NCBI RefSeq assembly: GCF_006345805.1
Contig: NW_021835022.1
Span: forward strand, 1 to 44,698
DNA length: 44,698 nucleotides
From: Octopus sinensis
Lineage: Eukaryota
Reading direction: 5' to 3'
Position 1 is the stretch's first letter. Each line of letters opens with the position of its first letter. The notes under the pieces are model-generated. The model was not told the origin of the DNA, made no database searches, and saw only the letters and a program-made list of their open reading frames with translations. Shown here piece after piece: positions 1 through 10,912 of the stretch. Both the position numbers and the translations under genes were made by a program.

Positions 1-54
1 CCTTTTTCTGTCCTTGCTTGCCCCTCTATGTTTAGCTCCTTGCGGGCAATAAAG

Positions 55-59
<5 letters not shown>
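1..59 (+). mobile_element. SINE-B 3' tail (B1 type), cut by the window edge
   Basis: ctgtccttgcttgcccctctatgtttagctccttgcgggcaataaagaaata matches the reverse complement of the tails of the full copies at 34006-34237 and 35192-35421. Confidence 0.85.
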
Positions 60-107
<48 letters not shown>

Positions 108-141
108 ATATATAATATATATATATATTATATATAATATA

Positions 142-178
<37 letters not shown>

Positions 179-198
179 CTATATATATATATATATAT

Positions 199-258
199 AG
201 GCGCAAGAGTGGTTGTGTGGTAAGTAGCTGCTCACCAACCACATGGTTCTGGGTTCAG
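199..258 (+). mobile_element. SINE-A 5' head fragment
   Basis: gcgcaagagtggttgtgtggtaagtagctgctcaccaaccacatggttctgggttcag matches the heads at 26126, 27898 and 35937. Confidence 0.8.
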
Positions 259-348
259 AACTCGTTACCTCATGTGTGTGAGCCTGGACGTTCTAACGAG
301 TGAGCTATACATACGCACACACACATACACAAACACACACACACACAC

Positions 349-394
<46 letters not shown>

Positions 395-588
395 GTATAT
401 ATCGAAGGTTAATCAGAGATCGACAATAGCAAATAAAATTCGAAACGGAACCGCCCCGTTATCCAAAACCATTTCTATTTTCCAGAGGAATTGTGTACCT
501 ATTCTCCCAAGAATATTCCTGCAGCTCAAGGATAAGTAATACACACACATACACACACACATACACACACACACACACACTCTCTCTC

Positions 589-790
589 TCTCGCTGTCGT
601 GCGCATGCATGCATATACATACACTACGTCACATACACACACACGCTGTCGTGCGCACGCTTGTGCATACATACACCGCATCACACACACATACACACTC
701 GCCGTCATGGGCACGCATGCACATACATACACCATGTCCCCCACACACACTCGCCGTCGTGCGCACGCAAGCACGCGCGCGCGCACACTT
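589..790. repeat. About 52-bp minisatellite x4 embedded in CA repeats
   Basis: The anchor ctcgc(t/c)gtc(g/a)tg(c/g)gca recurs near 590, 645, 698 and 749, each followed by cacgcatgcacatacatacac-like sequence. Confidence 0.8.
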
Positions 791-867
791 AATTTTCTGC
801 ATGTAGTAGATTCTGCCGTTGACTTCGGCGTATGAAGGTTTCACAGCCCTTATTATAACTGTCAAGT

Positions 868-1083
868 AGGCGGCGAGCTGGCAGAATCGTTAGCACGCCG
901 GGCGATAACGCTTAGCGGCATTTCGTCCATCTTTATGTTCTGAGTTCAATTTCCGCCGAGGTCAACATTGCTATTCATCTTTTCAGAACCAATGAAATAA
1001 GTACCAGCTGAGTGCTGGGGTCGATGTAATCGACTTATACCTCCCCTAAAATTGCTGGCCTTGTACCAAAATTGGAAACCAAT
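868..1083 (+). mobile_element. SINE-B full copy with B2 tail
   Basis: Head aggcggcgagctggcagaatcgttagcacgccgggcg with A-box-like TGGCAGAATCG and B-box-like GAGTTCAATTTCC; core ggggtcgatgtaatcgactta; tail cccctaaaattgctggccttgtaccaaaattggaaacc. Confidence 0.9.
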
Positions 1084-1537
1084 GTTATAGCCGTTCTGAT
1101 TATCTACACGGATTATTTGTTTTCCATGATAAAGGTTTTTGTAGGACTAACTGCTAGGAGAGAATTGATCTTAACGTTTGTTACAAACTCGATGAACAAC
1201 AGGCCTCTGGCTTTTATAGTACAATTCTCCATCTCCTGGGTTTAGTTGCCTTCGATATGGCTGAGGGCCTGACCTATTCTCGTAAGCTAAATGCACATTT
1301 CGGCACCAAACCAAAAATACTGGCGTCTATATACATCACCTATTTAATTGGATGGTCTTTGACACTTTTGAATTCATCCGCCCTCGACGGGTTTGGTTTT
1401 TTATTCCGTAGGGTGTCCCAAAACCACCATACTCACCAAGCAAGTTTAGTTGCTGACAGCCTGACTATGAAACAGGTTGTACTGGATTACATGTTACGAG
1501 TTACACTCGAGAGCGATCTGTAACTATATCTATATCA

Positions 1538-1573
<36 letters not shown>

Positions 1574-1634
1574 GTCTATCTATCTATCTATCTATCTATC
1601 TATATATTTCTCTCTCTCTCTCTCTCTTTCTCTC

Positions 1635-1696
<62 letters not shown>

Positions 1697-1783
1697 GTGT
1701 GTAAAAGTATATATCATTCATAAATTTGTAAACACACCTGAAGTCGTAAATTACGGAAAAGAGCGGGCACATTGGTCTTTTTA

Positions 1784-1939
1784 TAATAACTGTAATTATA
1801 TATTGTTTTATAACAATAATGTCTGAAAAAAAACATGGGCCGAACCGGTGGGAATTGAACACGACATCAATGCTTGCAAAGCTCCGTATGCGAACGTATA
1901 TTATTATAATAAAAAAGTAATATATAATTACAGTTATTA
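1784..1939. mobile_element. MITE-like element with about 37-bp imperfect TIRs and a tRNA-like core
   Basis: taataactgtaattatatatt (1784-1804) is the exact reverse complement of aatatataattacagttatta (1919-1939), and the match extends imperfectly inward. No clear TSD. Confidence 0.65.
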
Positions 1940-1948
1940 AATAAGTAT

Positions 1949-1980
<32 letters not shown>

Positions 1981-2001
1981 TTTCTATGAAGTCATTTTAA
2001 C

Positions 2002-2172
2002 GAGTTTATCTATTTATCACCTGACGAGGTACATCCGCACCACCAGATACTCCTGTACCAGTTTTCGTGTGTCCCACATGAGGAGCCGATGCGAGCTGTA
2101 CCGAAACAATTGTTGCGATTAATAATATATTCTCGCATATTCCATCTTCTGTCTTTCATTTGTTTTATATAT
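2002..2172 (+). ncRNA. Type I hammerhead-ribozyme-like cassette (Penelope/retrozyme-like), copy 1
   Basis: atcac-CTGACGA(2021-27)-GGTACA...TGTACC(2097-2102)-GAA-ACAATTGT(palindrome)-T-gcgat. Homologous to 22652-22820. Confidence 0.6.
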
Positions 2173-2538
2173 ACACATTTATAGCATAAGTCATGAATTC
2201 GGTGTATCATTTGGGTACCACAGAAAGCGTCTCTTACAGACTCGGCTAACAGACCACATAGTAATCCAGTATAGAGAATTGTAATGCAGAGTGTCCATGC
2301 AGGTGAAATCCAGAAGATCCAGTCACTGAAATTATTGCATGAGATGTGTATAAACCATAAAAAAATCAGGAGATATGGGCGGTGAATATATTTATTTAAC
2401 CACTTTTCTTCCTTAGGATTACGGCCGTTTTTTCAGCCTTCATCATTACAATTCACAATAAATTTTGTTGACGTATGGTCTACACTAATGTGCATGTTAT
2501 GCATTATATAATACGATTTTATATTTACAAATCAATGC

Positions 2539-2906
2539 AAACAAAAGCATTCAGAGAGCGAAAACCTCCGTCAAGGCAATACCAACGTCCTCCCAATGAT
2601 TAGCCAGAGATGGTTTTTAAAATATAGGAAATAAACTCGACTGCTCTCACAAATGAGAATACTAAAAATGAACCCGACTGCTCCCAAAAATTAAGTAGAA
2701 AAAACGGGAAAATAGTCCAGAATCCTTGTCCGGTACTGGATGGATCCCAAAATCTAATCAGTTTGTGTCAGTCACAAGGCCAAACATCCCTGGAAGTTTC
2801 ATCCGAATCCATCCAGCAGTTCTTGAGATATCTTGTCCACGGACAAATAAAGAAACAAACACGACTGAAAACAATACCTCCGCCTTCACTAGGGCGGAGG
2901 TAGTAA
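2539..2906 (-). mobile_element. DINE-1/HINE-like non-autonomous Helentron-type element
   Basis: Hairpin tacctccgcc(2875-84)/ggcggaggta(2893-2902) at one end, a matching sub-terminal acctccg near 2564 plus a short terminal stem-loop (gcattcagagagcg) at the other. Interior gatatctcaagaactgctggatggattcggatgaaactt on the minus strand is typical of this architecture. Confidence 0.7.
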
Positions 2907-3229
2907 GAAGCTAGCTCATCAGATCATCATATTTATGCCAATGATTCAACCCAGACCCGTATGAGAGCGTGTGTGCATCTGTGTGTGTGTTTGTGCGAGG
3001 GAGGGGTGCTCGCGCAAGCGTTCTTTTGTCGCCAACTGAAAGTATATTAGAAGAAAATACAGTGTAAGTTGAAGTCGTGTTCTGTTACCTTCCCGCATAA
3101 TATATATATATATATATATCTATATATATATATATATATAATAATTAATAATATTAGGGAGTAATCCAAACTTACAGGGAAAATTAGATTTAGGATTAAA
3201 TCTAATTTCACAGTATTAAATATAAATTA

Positions 3230-3513
3230 AATTAAATTAGAGATAAAACCACTATTAGGCAAATCAAACAGTGAAAAACATAAACCAAAACATAAAAATA
3301 AAATAATATAATATACAAAATATATAAAATATAAAATGTAAAATTTTAAATTTTTATTTATAAATTTTTAAATTTAAATTTTTTTTAAATTTAAATAATT
3401 TTAATTTTAAATCTTATATTTTATATATTTTGTATATTATATTATTTTTATTTTTATGTTTTGGTTTATGTTTTTCACTGTTTGATTTGCCTAATTTTAT
3501 CTCTAATTTAATT
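3230..3513. repeat. About 100-bp near-perfect inverted repeat with 79-bp AT spacer
   Basis: Arm 3230-3334 is the reverse complement of arm 3414-3513 apart from a 6-nt indel (ccacta) and a 1-nt indel. Confidence 0.9.
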
Positions 3514-4495
3514 ATATATATATATATATAAGAAAGTATGTATGTATGTATGTAGGTAGGTAGGTAGGTAGGTAGGTATGTAGGTAGGTAGGTGTGGATG
3601 CATGCATGTTGTGTGTATGTATATATGTATGCTTGGTGAGTACAGCTTGCAGGATGAAAACCCAGATCCGTCCAAGGTCGAAGGAACTCAGGAGAGTGAA
3701 GAGCCGTCCAATATAGTCAAGAGTAGATGGTGCTCACCAGTAAAGACAATCCATCTGGCAAAGGCTTGCAATCAGCTGATACTAATTTGCAGAGAATAAA
3801 TTATAACTGTAAGCTGTTACAAATGACTAATAACAAAGATTCATGTATGTGTGTTTGTGTGAATGTACTCACACACACACGCACATTCACACACATACAC
3901 ACGATCATATACATACATACATGTTTATGTTGTAAAAATGATAGCATCCACCACATGGTGTCGGTTTGATATTTATAAGCAAAAGATTTAGCAGATTTTG
4001 AAGGATCACACTAGTGTGAAATATTTATGGAATCTTTCAACTGTCTTTCGCGAATGTTGACACAGCTGCATGTTACTCAAAACACAAAAAGAAAGAAAAC
4101 AAAAAAGAAGCACTGCACATTTGTCGTGGGAAAGGTCGCTTGCAATTAGTCAAAATATATCACGTGATCGGAATTCGAAAGGCTCTAAGTTGTAAGGCTG
4201 ACAACCAAGTCGAGTAGTACGTTCACTCGCAAAGGATTCTATTCACAGGGGACTCATAGTCGAACATATTTGCGAAAATGCATCGTTTGGCTCAGGATAT
4301 TCAGCTAACTGAAAATTTTCCTAAAGGAATATCTTCCTGTAACGACAGCTGACAACACTTCGGACTTTCTATTGAAAGACGCCACGCGTCATTTCAGATA
4401 AGCAAATTCTAGAGTCACATAATCCTTTAGAATTTGGAGTCGCTCAGTTAACTGTATTTTCTGCTAATGTATGGCAATCGTGTCCTTTCTTCCAG

Positions 4496-4674
4496 AGCTC
4501 CCAGATAAATTAGTACAGGACTCGAGAATTTTCCATGTTCCTAGACTTAAAGAAATTCATGTTGATTGTAACCTTTTTCGAAGTCGTTAGATTCAGTGAT
4601 GTGAGAACTTGTGTGTCCTATAGATACCGTCTGGCTTGTGCACTTGATGCACTAAATACTACAACTTCAAAGAG
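4496..4674 (+). other. Candidate non-coding (UTR or lncRNA) exon
   Basis: Branch-like ctaat near 4464, tcctttcttccag acceptor ending 4495, AG|gtatgt donor at 4675. All three frames contain stops. Confidence 0.35.
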
Positions 4675-5489
4675 GTATGTTTTCCTGAAAGTAGATTGAT
4701 TTAGACAACTGCAAAGCAAAGTGGGAGATTATGCAGATGTGTTTTTTTATTGTGACGTGTGATACTGACGTGTGAAAAGCGATGTTGTTTAAGCATTATT
4801 GACTGACCTTTATGTTGTGTGCATTGAAGAACTTGTGTTATTTACGTTGTTTGAAAGTGATGTTTTATATGAAATAGGGCATACCTGATTATGTTAGAGG
4901 AGACGTCTACGCTATGAAGAAAGATTTTTACATCGTATTCTGTACTTCACGTTTGCATCTGCGAATAGGTTCAACAAGTGCAACCAAGGAAACTCTTAGC
5001 TACGACGCAAGAACCTTGTGCTTCCAATAAAATATAAACACACCTGCCTCTATGTATTGAGTACATTTATCTTCGTTTACAAACACCAACATTAACTAAC
5101 ATGTGCAGATTTACATACATGCATTTATATATATATATACCTTAGACAAGTATAGTTTGCCTGAACCGTAGTCTGATATCTATGTTTAAAAGTGAAAACA
5201 ACGCAAACTATAAGAAATGATACGAGACAAAAAGTACAAACCGCCGACTTGTAATATTTCTTATAACTTGCATTATTTTGGCATTAAAAACATACACATA
5301 TATACATTCATATATCTATCAAGATATATATATGTCATTGTATGAAAAAAAAATTATAACATTCTTCTGACATAATGACTCAAATATATATTTTTTAACC
5401 TTTTAAAACAAGCCTTCTGTAGTTTTTTCACTTTTTATTATTTTCTAAATATTCAACCACGTGCTTTCACACACCAACTTTCTCACCTA

Positions 5490-5491
5490 TA

Positions 5492-5543
<52 letters not shown>

Positions 5544-5544
5544 A

Positions 5545-5592
<48 letters not shown>

Positions 5593-6120
5593 TATACATT
5601 ATATATATAATATATATATATATAATATATATATATATAATATATACTTTTTCTTTTGCCCTTATTTATGAGTTATATGTATATGTATATGTATGTATAT
5701 ACAAATGTGTGTATGCGTTAATTCGATTCCGATCACTTAAGATTCGAACCAAGATCTACACTCTTTCAAAGCAGTGATTTTTATGTATAACTCTTAAAAT
5801 ACAGAACTATATCATGTTTCTTTACCTGAAAACTAACTTTTCTACTCTCTCTCTCCACTCTCCCTCTTCCTCTATCGATGTCTGTCTGCATCTGTCCCAC
5901 TGTACATATATATATATAGATATAATATATATATATATATATACATACATACATACGTATGGCTATCTCTGTTCTCAAGACGTTCTCCCTTCTTTCTCTA
6001 ATATATTTATTTTCTCTTTTACTGGTTTTTCCTTTTTCTTCTTTTCCCTCATTACCTCTGCATTTAACTATATATATATTATTTATGTATGTATACGTGT
6101 ATATATATATATATTATATA

Positions 6121-6178
<58 letters not shown>

Positions 6179-6557
6179 TATATATATGTATTATGTGTGT
6201 GTATATATATATATATAATATATATATATATATATGGATGGATGCTGATGCAGACACACATAAGTATGTGTGTGTGTTTGTGTGTCTGTGCATGCATACA
6301 TAACGTGGCGTTTTTTTATTGCATCTCATGCTTACATACTTACCTGACAGTTATTGCTAATTACATGCACTGCACAGCTCACGGTGATGTAGATGATGAT
6401 GATGATGATGATGATGATGACGACGACGACGACACCTATAACCAGAATAACACAAAACAACAACAACAGCAGCAGTAACAACAACAGATAATTATAATAG
6501 ATCATGTAAGGTGAAGAGCTGAAGGCTCCCCAATCCATCTCTCTCTCTCTCTTACTT

Positions 6558-6612
<55 letters not shown>

Positions 6613-6713
6613 ATATATATATATGCATATATATGTATATATATGTATTATATATATAATATATGTATGTATATATATGTATGTATGTATAATATATATA
6701 TAATATATACTAT

Positions 6714-6778
<65 letters not shown>

Positions 6779-7143
6779 TACCTGTCTTTTGCTCTCTCTG
6801 AACAGTGAGAATCTCATAAAACACAAGAAGACATAAACCCTTATTTTTCTTGATTCTTTTACTTTGTTTTTTGTTTGTTTTTTTTTTTGTTTTTCTTTTC
6901 TTTTCTTTCTAATCTAAATTAAGACTTCAAAGGAACCTCAACACATCTGGTTGTTTGATGTAAAATATACGGCTTCTCTTCGCGATCTGCACCGTTCGTT
7001 ACTGCCTCATCCTCACTCAGCCTCCTATCTCCCGCCTATATATATATATATATGTATATGTGTGTGTGTGTGTGTGTTTGTGTGTATGTGCATGTATTAT
7101 ATATTTATATGAGTATAAAAATAACGAATATATCCATCTAGCT

Positions 7144-7176
<33 letters not shown>

Positions 7177-7410
7177 ATATATATACACGCACATACATAA
7201 ATACATACATATATATACAAACATACACACAGATCATATTGCTACTTGCAAACATAGTGCCACACGTGTGTATATATAGATAGATAGATGAATATGCGTG
7301 TGCCTGTACGTATGTATGCATGCGTGCATCCATACAGTAATAAATGCATATATAATATATATAATATATATATTATATATATATATATATATAATATATA
7401 TATATATGTA

Positions 7411-7470
<60 letters not shown>

Positions 7471-7603
7471 TACATACATACATACATACATCAAACATAT
7501 ACATATACATACATACATACTTATATATATATATTGAGAAAAATGTCAGAATTTTGGAAAAAAACACCTTTTTATTTCATCAATATATATATATTATATA
7601 TCT

Positions 7604-7641
<38 letters not shown>

Positions 7642-7688
7642 ATTATAATATTATATATATATATATATATATTTCTACATATATATAT

Positions 7689-7729
<41 letters not shown>

Positions 7730-7735
7730 TATACA

Positions 7736-7770
<35 letters not shown>

Positions 7771-7823
7771 TATATATACTATATATTATATATATATATA
7801 TACATATATATATACATATATAG

Positions 7824-7856
<33 letters not shown>

Positions 7857-7919
7857 ATATATAGATATATATATATATATGCATGCATATTATGTATATG
7901 TGCATACACACTCCACAAG

Positions 7920-7950
<31 letters not shown>

Positions 7951-8374
7951 ATATAATATATATATATAAACATGGTGATGGTCATATTTTGCCAATCATA
8001 CATATAGTTCTATTTTCTCCTGGTACCAGTTCAGCTTATCTACCACGTTGGCGCTATACCCTCAGCTACAATTATACACACCTCCGAATTCTCTCACCTT
8101 CTTAACGTGCATTTGTCCAACAAATCAGTCAGATATCTACACATACAACTGTGAGACATACATATTTTCATTTATATAGATAGATGTACATATGCATGTA
8201 TATATCTATGTTCATACATGCATACATACATACATACATACATACATACATACAGACATACATACATACATACATATATGTACAAGCAGAAGAAAACTCG
8301 CACATATGTATTACTTAAATGCACATAAAAACCCAGTTTTGAAAATAACCATAAAATTTTATATATATAATATA

Positions 8375-8414
<40 letters not shown>

Positions 8415-8418
8415 TATA

Positions 8419-8464
<46 letters not shown>

Positions 8465-8468
8465 TATA

Positions 8469-8502
<34 letters not shown>

Positions 8503-8707
8503 CATGCGCAGCTGTTACTACTGCTCCCTGTCTTTGGAATTCTGGGCATGCTGCGGCAGCGCCATCTGGGGTGGAGTCGCTTACATCGAATACAATGCTT
8601 ATTTTATCGACATGGGAACGATGAAAGAATATGGATATTTATGCCTCTGGCCCAGCGTGGCCGCCACCGGATGACTGAAACACATAAAGAATATATATAT
8701 ATGTGTG

Positions 8708-8773
<66 letters not shown>

Positions 8774-8783
8774 CTATCATCTA

Positions 8784-8858
<75 letters not shown>

Positions 8859-8860
8859 AT
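5490..8860. repeat. Microsatellite-dominated block: (TA)n, (TACA)n, (TG)n, (GAT)n, (TCTA)n, (TC)n
   Basis: Direct reading; source of the YIYI/CVCV/LSIY pseudo-ORFs. Confidence 0.95.
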
Positions 8861-9053
8861 ATATATATAATTATTGCATTGGTGCCTGTGTGTGCGTGTG
8901 TCTATAGAGAAAGGGAGAAGGGAGAGTGAGAATCGAATCTAAGTTTGTTTAGTGCAAAACAAAACTTTTGGTGCTTAAGTCAATTTATTATCTAACTTTA
9001 GAGCTTGCTGGTGGTGATGATAATAATAATGATGATGATGATAATCATAATAA

Positions 9054-9101
<48 letters not shown>

Positions 9102-9104
<3 letters not shown>

Positions 9105-9510
9105 CTGAGCAAATATAAAGATCTGGAAATAGAAATCAGCAAAATGTGGAACCTGAAGACTAAAACAATACCTGTTGTCATAGGTGCCCTGGGAATGATA
9201 GCAAAAGAAGCTGATTGCTACCTAACTCAGATTCCAGGAAACCCCCAAATGGCAGAAATTCAAAAGATAGTGCTCATGAGAACTGCTCATATCCTACGCA
9301 AAATACTCTCTTTGTAATCTCAAGTTTAAAACAAACATAATTTTCGTATGGTTTTTTAGGCATTCACTAGTACAACACTAAGTACAAAACCAAATATATG
9401 GCACCCTAGGCATAACACCAACATGAACTTCCAACTTGTTGTCTCTTGAGGTCTCTGGGTGAGACTTGGAGCCAGCTTGTGCAAATGTAAAGCAAAAGTC
9501 AAACAGAATT
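9102..9510 (+). mobile_element. R4/Dong-clade non-LTR retrotransposon 3' end, lineage 1
   Basis: 9102-9317 reads KLSKYKDLEIEISKMWNLKTKTIPVVIGALGMIAK...IQKIVLMRTAHILRKILSL*, the RLE endonuclease C-terminus. Followed by a 3'UTR, with (AAT)n on both sides. Confidence 0.9.
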
Positions 9511-9525
9511 ATAATAATAAGTAAG

Positions 9526-10065
9526 TATCAGGCTGTGACTTCGATGGCTTTTGATCTTAACTGATTGGACATATTATTATCATGTACATTGTTTTGTCTT
9601 GGTATAAAAGATGGGCTGCAGCAAATATTCTGCTCAATACCACAGATTTGCTTGTCAGTTGTTTGACCTTAACCAGTTGATCATGTCTCTTGGTGGCTGA
9701 CGATATGTACATCTCTGACCACGAGCAGAAGTAGTGGGCGAACATCATAGCCATGTGTTGAGAGGGATTCTTTGGGTTTTGGATAATTTACCTTTGGAAA
9801 CTTGGGTGTTTTATTCAACATCCTTAAACAACCCTTATTCAGGGAACTTTTGAGCGAGATGCGCTACTGAACCTGAAGAAAATTCTAGGAGAGCCCCACT
9901 TGCAAGAACATGCACTGTTTATCTTGATATGAGTTCACGATGTCGCGCACATATGGTTGTGATGCATGTACCTGGTGTATCCTTAACAGACATGTAGTCA
10001 TGATGTGTATATTGGGCTTCGTACCCCAGTGTTAATTTGATGGCATGCACTGCTCTCTCTTAATC
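9526..10065 (+). mobile_element. Unclassified interspersed repeat family F, copy 1 (probably a LINE 3'UTR)
   Basis: About 500 bp homologous to 10399-10876 and 27374-27578; ends in (AAT)n; no recognisable ORF. Confidence 0.75.
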
Positions 10066-10155
10066 AATAAAATAATAATAATAATAATAATAATGATGAT
10101 GATGATGAGGAGGAGGAGGAGGAGGAGAGGATAACAACAATAATAATAATAATAA

Positions 10156-10398
10156 TGATTGCATTTATTTGCCACAAGGGTGAAGGATAAGAGGGACAAT
10201 ACAGAAACAGTTATAAAGTGTTGTGGTTTACATATAATAATGAAACGAAAAAAGTATACACGGTATACACTGGAGGGACATATGCATAGCATACAAAGGT
10301 ACAAAAAAATTAGGGGTGGGAGGATGATAGAGATGTGGCCCTCCTGATATAGGAAGGCCTCTAGGGATAATCGAGGAACCCCACTGTCTGAGGGTTTA
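10156..10398 (-). mobile_element. Putative LINE 3'UTR with (ATT)n tail
   Basis: Minus strand ends ...ctgtattgtccctcttatccttcacccttgtggcaaataaatgcaatcattattatt, resembling the SINE-B1 tail. Confidence 0.45.
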
Positions 10399-10876
10399 CA
10401 CATTGTATTGTTTTGGTATAAAAGATGGGCTACAGCAAATATTCTGCTCATTACCACAGATTTGCTTCTCAGCTGCTTGACCTTAACCAGTTGAGCATGT
10501 TCCTTATTTCCCTGACAATATGTGCATCTCTGATCACGAGCAGAAGTAGTGGGCAGCATCATAGCCATGTGTTAAGAGGGATTCTTTGGGGTTTGAATAA
10601 TTCACCTCTTGAAACATGGATGTTTCAACATCCTTAAACAACTCTTAAACAGAAACCTTTTGAGTGGGATGGGCAATTCAACCTGAAGAAAATTCTAACT
10701 GGGTCCCCACCTGCAAGGTGATGCGCTGTTTATCTTGATATGAGATCACCATGTTAGACGTGATTGTGATGCATGTGCCTGGTGTACCCTTATCAGATGC
10801 GTAGTCATGATCGGTATAATGGGTTTCGTATATTTTACCCCAGTGTCACTTTGATGGTATGCACTACTCACTCAGT
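10399..10876 (+). mobile_element. Family F, copy 2
   Basis: Colinear with 9580-10065 (ggtataaaagatgggct...gcagaagtagtggg...cctgaagaaaattcta...tttgatgg(c/t)atgcact). Confidence 0.8.
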
Positions 10877-10881
10877 AACAA

Positions 10882-10883
<2 letters not shown>

Positions 10884-10912
<29 letters not shown>

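Noticed and set aside
1084-1520. 88-aa ORF or possible LINE 5' region
   Set aside because: No recognisable motif on either strand; cannot be classified without a search.
2405-2447. Minus-strand TGATGAAGGCTG..CGGCCGTAA hammerhead-like motif
   Set aside because: Stem II pairs, but C3, GAAA and the A15.1-U16.1 pair are all broken.
3602-3799. Possible coding exon DENPDPSKVEGTQESEEP
   Set aside because: No convincing polypyrimidine acceptor or donor, and no recognisable homology.
8574-8692. Novel chimeric SINE (B core on minus plus A tail on plus)
   Set aside because: Two short, degraded fragments in opposite orientation with no TSD; chance adjacency is more likely.
5500-8900. Many YIYI/CVCV/HTHT ORFs
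   Set aside because: Dinucleotide and tetranucleotide microsatellite artefacts.
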